A stretch of 64,000 nucleotides of DNA, from NCBI GenBank assembly GCA_902625365.1, contig CACOAX010000002.1, forward strand, positions 468 through 64,467, given 5' to 3'. Shown one piece after another: positions 20,332 to 28,166 of this stretch; the stretch's first letter is position 1; the number at the start of each line of letters is the position of its first letter. The DNA is from an uncultured Alphaproteobacteria bacterium (lineage in GTDB: Bacteria > Pseudomonadota > Alphaproteobacteria > HIMB59 > GCA-002718135). The translations under genes and the position numbers were made by a program. The notes beneath the pieces were generated by a model, which was not told the origin of the DNA, searched no databases, and saw only the letters and a program-made list of their open reading frames with translations.

Positions 20332-20835
20332 ATGTCTGATTTACACATTAGTTGGGATGAATATAGAGCTAAAACAGAAGAATTAGCAAAACAAATTCAT
20401 AAAGATGGATGGAACTTTAATCAAGTTGTATGCATTGCAAAAGGAGGAATGAGAGTAGGGGATGTAATGGCAAGAATATTTGATGTCCCTCTAGCAATTC
20501 TTTCTGTTGAATCATATAAAGGTGATGGAGTAAAAAATAAAAGAGGTGCAATTACTTTTTCAAGAGATTTAGCAAAAACAAGTCCTAACATTGGATCAAA
20601 AGTTTTAATAGTAGATGATTTAGCAGACTCAGGAATTACACTAAAAAAAAGTATTGATTGGTTAAATCATACTTATGGTTTTTATATAGATGAACCAATA
20701 AGAACTGGAGTTTTGTTTTATAAATCAGTATCATCATTTAAACCAAATTATTATGTTGATTATTTAGAAGATTCTCCTTGGATACATATGCCTTATGAGG
20801 TTTATGAAACTATGAAACCTGAAGAGCTTGGTTAA
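20332..20835 (+). CDS. Purine phosphoribosyltransferase (Gpt-like)
   Basis: 167 aa with the PRPP loop VLIVDDLADSGITL and an overall layout like xanthine-guanine PRT. Confidence 0.8.
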   Translation: MSDLHISWDEYRAKTEELAKQIHKDGWNFNQVVCIAKGGMRVGDVMARIFDVPLAILSVESYKGDGVKNKRGAITFSRDLAKTSPNIGSKVLIVDDLADSGITLKKSIDWLNHTYGFYIDEPIRTGVLFYKSVSSFKPNYYVDYLEDSPWIHMPYEVYETMKPEELG

Positions 20836-21509
20836 AAAATTGAAGTAATTTCCTCAAACCTTTTCTTTTGTTTAGCAAATTTCGGAACTGTTGCATCCTC
20901 ATTTGGTAGCCCGACAATAAGCAAAACAAATGGTTTTTCATTACTAGGTCTTTTCAAAATTTTATTAAGAAATGTCATCGGACTTGGTGTGTGTGTTAAC
21001 ATTGCTAAACCAGAAAAATGTAAACAAGTAATTAATATACCAGTAGCTATACCCACAGACTCTTTTACATAATAATTTTTTATTTTTTTATTTTTTGAAA
21101 TTGAAAATTTTTTTTCAAATATAGCTATTAAATAAGGCGCATTTTCAATAAATTTTTTATTTTCATCAGTTCCTAAAGGAGTTAACGCATCTAACCACTC
21201 TTGGGGAGCTTTGTATTTGTAAAAATTTTCTTCTTCTTTTTCTGCTTCTATTCTAATCTTCTTTTTTACGGTTTTATTTTTTATTACTACAAAATGCCAT
21301 GGTTGAAGATTAGCCCCACTAGGAGCTGATCCTGCAGATAAGATTGCATTTTTTATAACATTTATATCGATTTTATCTTTTGAAAAATCACGTATGCTTC
21401 TTCTTTCTTTAATGTTATTATAAAAACTTTTTGAATTAATCCTCATATCTTTGATAGTTTGATTTGAAAATTTTAAATCTTCAGCTATGTATTTTTTAAC
21501 TATATGCAT
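20832..21509 (-). CDS. Flavin nitroreductase-superfamily protein of the iodotyrosine deiodinase (IYD) subclass
   Basis: 225 aa. RRSIRDF, SAGSAPSGANLQPWHFVVIKN, KIRIEAEKEEENFY and VGLPNEDATVP align closely with my recollection of animal and bacterial IYD. Confidence 0.8.
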   Translation of the reverse strand: MHIVKKYIAEDLKFSNQTIKDMRINSKSFYNNIKERRSIRDFSKDKIDINVIKNAILSAGSAPSGANLQPWHFVVIKNKTVKKKIRIEAEKEEENFYKYKAPQEWLDALTPLGTDENKKFIENAPYLIAIFEKKFSISKNKKIKNYYVKESVGIATGILITCLHFSGLAMLTHTPSPMTFLNKILKRPSNEKPFVLLIVGLPNEDATVPKFAKQKKRFEEITSIF

Positions 21510-21692
21510 TGGTTTGTTATTATTATTGGGATACTTTTAATTTCTCTGTCAATTAGTAATCCTCTATATAAACTAATTATAAAAAAACGAGTAAGATTTA
21601 ATCTTTTTATTGAAATATTGTTCAGAATAATACTATTTTTAATTAGCGTAATTATTATTTTTTTAGGCTTATACTTAGAAAGTATTTCTTAA
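21504..21692 (+). CDS. Possible small two-helix membrane protein
   Basis: 62 aa. It fills the whole 179-bp gap between two minus-strand genes, and its ATG overlaps the divergent start at 21509 (ATGCAT). It could instead be non-coding spacer. Confidence 0.3.
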   Translation: MHWFVIIIGILLISLSISNPLYKLIIKKRVRFNLFIEILFRIILFLISVIIIFLGLYLESIS

Positions 21693-22021
21693 TATCTTCT
21701 AATATTTCTGTCAATTAATGCAGCCCATGCATCTATTCCGCCAAGTACATTAACACAATGATTATAACCTTGTGCTTTGAGCCATTTACATACGGCTTGG
21801 CTTCTTGTTCCGGTATGACACATTACAAAAATATTTTTTTTCTTATCCAATTCGGTATATCTTTTAGCTATTTCTGAAAGTTTCATGTGTATTGTACCTT
21901 TAATATGGGCATGATCTCTCTCTGTATCTTCTCTTACATCTATAATTTGAATTTTTTTGTCATCTTGTTTAAGTTCATTTAACTGATGAACTGTTATTTC
22001 ACTACTACTGTAAAGATCCAT
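21689..22021 (-). CDS. Single-domain rhodanese sulfurtransferase
   Basis: 110 aa with the active-site loop CHTGTRS and GGIDAW near the C-terminus. Confidence 0.85.
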   Translation of the reverse strand: MDLYSSSEITVHQLNELKQDDKKIQIIDVREDTERDHAHIKGTIHMKLSEIAKRYTELDKKKNIFVMCHTGTRSQAVCKWLKAQGYNHCVNVLGGIDAWAALIDRNIRRY

Positions 22022-22130
22022 AATATTATCTTATTATAAATACTACTAGATTTCTACTATTTTAAATAAAATTAATTTTTAAAATTAAATTTGTTATTTC
22101 TAAATTTTTAATGTAAGAGCTTTCATCAAT

Positions 22131-22430
22131 ATGTCAAAAAAAATAACTTTTTCAGCTTTTGGTAGAGATTCATATTATCACAGAGACTGGTTCAAAAAAA
22201 ATGGTTTTAAATTTGATAGAAGTTCTAGAAAGTGGACTGTAGAAAATTTACCAATAGATAATGCTGAAGAATTCGCTAGTTATTGTAGAAAATACGGCTT
22301 AACATTTGAGCGATCTGATAGAATGATCACAGAATTTGATTATGCCGACTATCTCTGGGATGGAAGAAGGGATGAATTTATGAAACCTTCCGAAAATATT
22401 GAAATTCCACAACCTAAAAATAAAATCTAA
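22131..22430 (+). CDS. Hypothetical soluble protein (99 aa)
   Basis: The ORF has normal-looking, non-low-complexity composition rich in R, D, E, F and W. I recognise no family, but there is a KNGFKFD...RKWTV element. Confidence 0.55.
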   Translation: MSKKITFSAFGRDSYYHRDWFKKNGFKFDRSSRKWTVENLPIDNAEEFASYCRKYGLTFERSDRMITEFDYADYLWDGRRDEFMKPSENIEIPQPKNKI

Positions 22431-22433
22431 TTT

Positions 22434-23351
22434 TTGTTAAATAAATTATTATCTAATAATTTAATACTTCTTATAATTTTAGCAGCTATTTGGGGATCTT
22501 CTTTTTTTGTTATTAAAATTTGTCTGTCTAGTTTTACTCCTACAAGTATCGCCTCTTTAAGATTAATTATTGCATCTATATTTTTAATTATTTTATATTA
22601 TTCATACAACAATCATCCTAAATTAAGTCTTGATTTAGTTATAATTCTTTCTTTTATTGGAATTACAGGAAATTTTTTACCATTCTATCTGATTAGTTGG
22701 GCTGAACAATATATCCCTTCTTCAACTGCTGGTTTGTTAATGTCAGTTGGTCCCTTAATAACATTACTAATGTCTCATGTTTTAACTTCAGATGATAAGT
22801 TCACTTGGATTAAATTTTTATCAATTATTATAGGCTTTGTAGGTATTTTTTTTATTTTAGATGTAAGTAAATTTAATTTTCAAGATGAAAACTACATAAG
22901 TACTTTAGCTAAAATTTTTGTGATTATAGCAGCATTTGGCTACATGATTTCAAATATTGCAGCTTATAATAAATTAAAAAAATTAAGCTCTATTTCAATT
23001 ACTACTTTTGCTACATTGTTTGGAGCCATAATATCATTACCATTTTTATTCTATGATTTTATTAATTATGAAAATAATATTAATACAATTTCTTTAATTT
23101 CTATTATTTATTTAGGTGTTTTTCCAACAGCTATTGCATTTCATATGCGCTATCATATAGTTAAGCAATCTGGTCCGGTTTTCTTATCTTATGTTGCCTA
23201 TTTAATACCTGTTTTTGCTTTAATATGGGGATTCATATTTCTTTCTGAAAAAATAGTATTCACTTCTGTAGTCGGAATTATTTTAGTTTTTATTGGTCTG
23301 TTTGTGGGTCAAAAAAAATCAATGAGTAAAATATCCGTAAAAAACATATAA
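22434..23351 (+). CDS. DMT superfamily (EamA-type) transporter
   Basis: 305 aa, TTG start, with AAIWGSSFFVIK and 10 TM segments. Confidence 0.85.
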   Translation: MLNKLLSNNLILLIILAAIWGSSFFVIKICLSSFTPTSIASLRLIIASIFLIILYYSYNNHPKLSLDLVIILSFIGITGNFLPFYLISWAEQYIPSSTAGLLMSVGPLITLLMSHVLTSDDKFTWIKFLSIIIGFVGIFFILDVSKFNFQDENYISTLAKIFVIIAAFGYMISNIAAYNKLKKLSSISITTFATLFGAIISLPFLFYDFINYENNINTISLISIIYLGVFPTAIAFHMRYHIVKQSGPVFLSYVAYLIPVFALIWGFIFLSEKIVFTSVVGIILVFIGLFVGQKKSMSKISVKNI

Positions 23352-23449
23352 TACTAATAAAAAAGCAATAAAAATAGACACATTTTTGAAGTTAAAGTAT
23401 TTCATTTATGGTTGAAATTTAATTTTTTATAGTCCAATATACTTTTATT

Positions 23450-24814
23450 ATGAGCGACTCAATTAAATACTTACTTGAAGAAAATAAAGCACCAAAGTTT
23501 TGGTATAATATTAATGCAGACTTACCAAGTCCACCACCACCACCACTACATCCTGGGACTAAACAACCAGCTGGTCCTGACGACTTTGCTCCTTTATTTC
23601 CAATGAGTTTAATTATGCAAGAAGTTTCTACTGAAAGAGAAATAGAAATCCCTGAACCAGTAAGAGAAGTATACAAACAATGGAGACCCTCTCCTTTATT
23701 TAGAGCAAGAAGATTAGAAAAGTTTTTAGATACACCAGCTAAAATTTATTACAAATATGAAGGTGTTAGTCCTACTGGAAGTCACAAACCAAATACTGCA
23801 GTTCCACAAGCATTTTTTAATAAAGAAGAAGGAATTAGTAAAATTTTTACTGAAACGGGCGCAGGTCAGTGGGGAAGTTCATTAGCTTTTGCAGGCCAGA
23901 TCTTTGGTATAGATATAGAAGTTTTCATGGTTAAGGTTAGTTTTGATCATAAACCTTACAGAAAATTAATGATGCAATCCTTTGGCGCTAACTGTCACGC
24001 TAGTCCATCTAATTTAACTGATTTCGGTAAAAAGTTATTATCAGAAAATCCTGATAACCCTGGTAGTTTGGGAATAGCTATATCAGAAGCAATAGAAGCA
24101 ACTGTTAAAAGTGGAGGCAAAGCAAAATACTCACTTGGAAGTGTTTTAGGACACGTTTTAATGCATCAAACTATAAATGGCAATGAAGCTATTATGCAAA
24201 TGGAGATGGCTGGAGATTATCCTGATATAATTGTTGGCTGTACAGGTGGCGGTAGCAATCTTTCTGGATTAATGTTTCCATTTTTAGGACAACAGTTAAG
24301 AGGTGGTCAAAAAATTGATATAATTGGTTGCGAGCCTGCATCATGTCCTTCATTTACGAAGGGTAAGTATGCTTATGATCATGGTGATATGGCAAAAATG
24401 ACTCCATTAATTAAAATGCATACTCTTGGATCTGATTTCTTACCACCAGCAAATCACTCTGGTGGATTAAGATACCATGGCATGTCTTATCATTTAAGTC
24501 ATTTATATGAGTTAGGCCTGATGAGAGCAAAGGCTTATCGTCAAAAAGATTGTTTTGAAGCTGGTTTAACTTTTGCAAAACAAGAAGGAATTATTCCTGC
24601 TCCAGAAGGAAACCATGCAATAAAAGGCGCTATTGATGCAGCTTTAGAATGTAAAGAAAAAGGTGAGTCAAAAACTATTCTCTTTAATTTATGTGGTCAC
24701 GGATATTTTGATATGTCTGCTTATGATGATTATCTAAATGGATCAATGGCTGATGATGTTATTGATGATGATGGAATAGGTAAATCTATCTCTCAAATAC
24801 CAGAAGTAGCGTAA
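23450..24814 (+). CDS. TrpB-like PLP-dependent enzyme (TrpB2 / trpB_rel type)
   Basis: 454 aa with the PLP-lysine motif TGSHKPNTA and the phosphate loop GCTGGGSN. It has the long N-terminal extension typical of TrpB2. Confidence 0.88.
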   Translation: MSDSIKYLLEENKAPKFWYNINADLPSPPPPPLHPGTKQPAGPDDFAPLFPMSLIMQEVSTEREIEIPEPVREVYKQWRPSPLFRARRLEKFLDTPAKIYYKYEGVSPTGSHKPNTAVPQAFFNKEEGISKIFTETGAGQWGSSLAFAGQIFGIDIEVFMVKVSFDHKPYRKLMMQSFGANCHASPSNLTDFGKKLLSENPDNPGSLGIAISEAIEATVKSGGKAKYSLGSVLGHVLMHQTINGNEAIMQMEMAGDYPDIIVGCTGGGSNLSGLMFPFLGQQLRGGQKIDIIGCEPASCPSFTKGKYAYDHGDMAKMTPLIKMHTLGSDFLPPANHSGGLRYHGMSYHLSHLYELGLMRAKAYRQKDCFEAGLTFAKQEGIIPAPEGNHAIKGAIDAALECKEKGESKTILFNLCGHGYFDMSAYDDYLNGSMADDVIDDDGIGKSISQIPEVA

Positions 24815-24860
24815 TTTAAGTTTAATTTTTTTTTTATTTAATTAAAGGTGTTTCTTTATT

Positions 24861-26075
24861 ATGGTTGAAATTAAACCTTTTAAAGGTACACGTCCTTACA
24901 ACGAAGATGCAAAAAATTTAATTGCTCCTTCTACTGATCATTTAAGTATTGAAAATATAGAAATATTTAAAAAAAATAATTATTGGAATTATTTAAAAAT
25001 TTTGAATCCTGTTGGACAATTAAAAGAAGCAGATACTCTCTTAGAAGCTAAATCACATTTTAATGAAATGAAAGAAAATGACGTAATTAAAAAAGATAAA
25101 GAATTATGTTATTACATTTATCAAATTGAATTTAAAGGCCATACTCAACTAGGTTTTTTATCTCTTTCTAAAATATCAGATTTCGTAGATGAAAAAATTA
25201 AAGCACACGAAAAAATATACGAGACAAGGATGAGAGAAAGAGCAGAGCAAATGTTAAATATAAAAACACAAATTGGTCCTATTTATGTGGTATATAAAAA
25301 AAATAATAAGATAAAAGATTTATTATCCTCTATAATATCAAATACTCCAGATTATGATTTTGAAAGTTTTGATAAAACTATTCATAAACTCTGGTGTGTC
25401 TCTGATGAATTTTTCATCAAAAAGCTATCTTCTGTTTTTGTAAATGAGGTAGATAATTTTTATATTGCTGATGGACATCATAGAATGGGTGCAATGAAAA
25501 TTATTGGTGAATTAAATTATAATAAAAATATTTTACAGGAAGATTTTATGATAGCTGCATTTCCAAGTGATGAGGCTAAAATATTTGATTATAATAGAGT
25601 TGTTAAAGATTTAAATGGTTTGAGTGAAGAAAATTTTTTAGACATTCTTTCTGAAAACTTCGAAATAAAAAAAGAAAAAAATCCTTTCAAACCTCAATCT
25701 AATAAACAATTTGGAATGTATCACGAAAAAAAGTGGTACTCATTACATTTTAAAACTGAATTAAAAACTGATAATTTTGTTGATACGCTAGATATAAATA
25801 TTTTAAATAATTTTATTTTCAAAAAACATTTAAATATTTCTGATGTTAATAATGATGAAAGAATAAGATTTATTGCTGGATGTCATGGTTTGCAAGCTTT
25901 AGAAAAAAAAGTTGATGAAAATAATGACAGTGTGGCATTTTCTATCTTCCCATCTTCAATAAGTGATGTTATTACAGTCGCGAATAAAAATTTGACTATG
26001 CCTCCTAAATCAACATGGTTTGATCCAAAACCTTTAGATGGCTTAGTAGTTTATGAGTTTGAAAAAATTATATGA
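24861..26075 (+). CDS. DUF1015-family protein
   Basis: 404 aa. The motif IADGHHR and the overall size match DUF1015 as I recall it. Confidence 0.75.
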   Translation: MVEIKPFKGTRPYNEDAKNLIAPSTDHLSIENIEIFKKNNYWNYLKILNPVGQLKEADTLLEAKSHFNEMKENDVIKKDKELCYYIYQIEFKGHTQLGFLSLSKISDFVDEKIKAHEKIYETRMRERAEQMLNIKTQIGPIYVVYKKNNKIKDLLSSIISNTPDYDFESFDKTIHKLWCVSDEFFIKKLSSVFVNEVDNFYIADGHHRMGAMKIIGELNYNKNILQEDFMIAAFPSDEAKIFDYNRVVKDLNGLSEENFLDILSENFEIKKEKNPFKPQSNKQFGMYHEKKWYSLHFKTELKTDNFVDTLDINILNNFIFKKHLNISDVNNDERIRFIAGCHGLQALEKKVDENNDSVAFSIFPSSISDVITVANKNLTMPPKSTWFDPKPLDGLVVYEFEKII

Positions 26076-27235
26076 ATAAACCTAATAAAAAACCTAACAA
26101 TCCAAACTTTTCAAGTGGACCAACTTCAAAAAGACCAGGCTGGGACATATCAGTGTTGAGTAATGCTTTAACTGGTAGATCTCACAGATCTGTTGAATGT
26201 AAAGCAAGATTAAAAGAAGCAATAGATAAATCTAAAGATATTCTTAAATTACCTGATGATTATTTATTGGGTATCATGCCTGGATCAAATACTGGCGCTT
26301 TAGAAGCGGCTATGTGGTGCCTACTAGGTAAAACGGGAGTCGATATTCTTGCATGGGAAAATTTTGGTAAAGATTGGGTAATCGATGCAATTAGCGAACT
26401 AAAATTAGATAATTTAAATATTCATGAAGAAGATTATGGTAAACTACCTGACCTTAGCAAAGTCAATTTTGATAATGATGTTATTTTTACTTGGAATGGA
26501 ACAACATCTGGTGTCAAAGTTCCTAATGGAGATTGGATACCTGATGATAGAAAAGGCCTAACCATTTGTGATGCTACTTCGGCAATCTTTGGTATGCCTA
26601 TAGATTATAATAAATGTGATGTTATAACTTGGTCTTGGCAAAAAATACTTGGAGGAGAGGCTGCTCATGGAATGATAGCAATTTCTCCACGCGTTGTTGA
26701 AAGATTAGAAAGTTTTACACCTAGTTGGCCAGTGCCAAAATTATTTAGATTAGCTGAAAACCAAAAATTGATAAAAGGTATTTTTGAAGGAAACACAATT
26801 AATACACCTTCAATGATATGTGTTGAAGATATAATTGATTCATTAAATTGGGTTTCTTCTCAAGGAGGATTAAATTCATTAATTTCTAAATCTCAGAATT
26901 CTTTACAAAAAATTAGAGAATGGATTAATAAGAGAGATTGGGTCACCTTTTTATCTGAAATTGAAGATGATAATTATATCTCAAATACTGGAATAACTTT
27001 TAAAATTATTGAAGATTGGTTTACTAATAAAGATGAAAGCAGTCAAAGAGCTGTAATGGTTGATATATGTAAATTACTTTCTGAAAATAATGTTGGATTT
27101 GATTGCAATGGATATCCCAAAGCACCACCTTCTTTTAGAATATGGGCTGGAGGAACTGTTCAAACTTCAGATGTAGAATTAGTTTTACCTTGGATTGATT
27201 GGGCCTATTCAGAGATTAAATCAAAACATGCCTAA
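26072..27235 (+). CDS. serC: Phosphoserine aminotransferase (alphaproteobacterial/methanogen-type SerC)
   Basis: 387 aa with NFSSGP near the N-terminus and SWQKILGGE (PLP lysine region). ATGA overlap with the preceding gene. Confidence 0.85.
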   Translation: MNKPNKKPNNPNFSSGPTSKRPGWDISVLSNALTGRSHRSVECKARLKEAIDKSKDILKLPDDYLLGIMPGSNTGALEAAMWCLLGKTGVDILAWENFGKDWVIDAISELKLDNLNIHEEDYGKLPDLSKVNFDNDVIFTWNGTTSGVKVPNGDWIPDDRKGLTICDATSAIFGMPIDYNKCDVITWSWQKILGGEAAHGMIAISPRVVERLESFTPSWPVPKLFRLAENQKLIKGIFEGNTINTPSMICVEDIIDSLNWVSSQGGLNSLISKSQNSLQKIREWINKRDWVTFLSEIEDDNYISNTGITFKIIEDWFTNKDESSQRAVMVDICKLLSENNVGFDCNGYPKAPPSFRIWAGGTVQTSDVELVLPWIDWAYSEIKSKHA

Positions 27236-28166
27236 AGTACTAATATCAGATTCACTAGATAATATTGCATCTCAAATTTTAATAAAAAATAACATTTCAG
27301 TTGATACAAAAACAAACTTATCTCCTGAAGAATTAAAAAAAATAATTGATAACTATGATGGTTTAATCATTCGTTCTGCAACTAAGGTGCGAAAAGATTT
27401 AATTGACTCTCTTTCAAATTTAAAAATTATAGGTAGGGCAGGAGCAGGAGTAGATAATGTTGATGTGGAAGCTGCTAAAAATAAAAATATTATCGTAATG
27501 AATACCCCAGGAGGAAATACAAATGCTACAGCAGAACACACAATTGGTTTAATTTTTGCATTACAAAGAAAAATTACTGTTGCCAATGAGGCAACTCATA
27601 AGGGTCTTTGGGAAAAAAAGAAATTAAAAGGAAATGAAATTAAAGGCAAGAAAATTGGTATCATAGGTTTTGGCAATGTAGGCAAAAGAGTTGCAGAAAT
27701 ATCTGATGTATTGGGAATGCAGGTTTCAATATTTTCTTCATACTTTGAAACAATTAAGGATAACTTTCCTGAATATAATTCTTGTTCTATCGATGAGATT
27801 ATTAAAGATTCAGATATAATTTCTTTTCACTGTAAACCGAATAAAGATGGTAACCCCATTATGAATAAAAATCATTTATCATTGATGAAAAAAAATTGCA
27901 TAATTATTAATACTGCTAGAGGTAACTTAGTTGATGAAGATGATCTTAAAAATGCTCTAGAAAAAAAAGAAATTAAAGGCGCTGCATTAGATGTTTTTAA
28001 AAATGAGCCTTTAGAAGAAAGTGGGTTTTATAATTTAGATAATATAATTTTAACTCCACATATTGCTGCTTCTACTGATGAAGCACAAATAGTAGTAGCA
28101 GAAATGGTTGCTAATCAGTTTGTTGAATTTTTTAATAATAATAAAATTATAAATTCAGTTACTTAA
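27228..28166 (+). CDS. serA: D-3-phosphoglycerate dehydrogenase, short form without an ACT domain
   Basis: I trimmed to the ATG at 27228 (MPKVLISD). The NAD motif is GIIGFGNVGKRVA and the catalytic region is NTARG...PHIAAST. It has about 312 codons, so there is no regulatory domain. Confidence 0.88.
   Translation: MPKVLISDSLDNIASQILIKNNISVDTKTNLSPEELKKIIDNYDGLIIRSATKVRKDLIDSLSNLKIIGRAGAGVDNVDVEAAKNKNIIVMNTPGGNTNATAEHTIGLIFALQRKITVANEATHKGLWEKKKLKGNEIKGKKIGIIGFGNVGKRVAEISDVLGMQVSIFSSYFETIKDNFPEYNSCSIDEIIKDSDIISFHCKPNKDGNPIMNKNHLSLMKKNCIIINTARGNLVDEDDLKNALEKKEIKGAALDVFKNEPLEESGFYNLDNIILTPHIAASTDEAQIVVAEMVANQFVEFFNNNKIINSVT

Noticed and set aside
23352-23449. A riboswitch or leader RNA upstream of the TrpB-like operon, and likewise upstream of mcl at 42313-42369.
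   Set aside because: The spacers are short and almost pure A/T, with no conserved stems or known riboswitch cores (glycine, SAM, FMN) visible.
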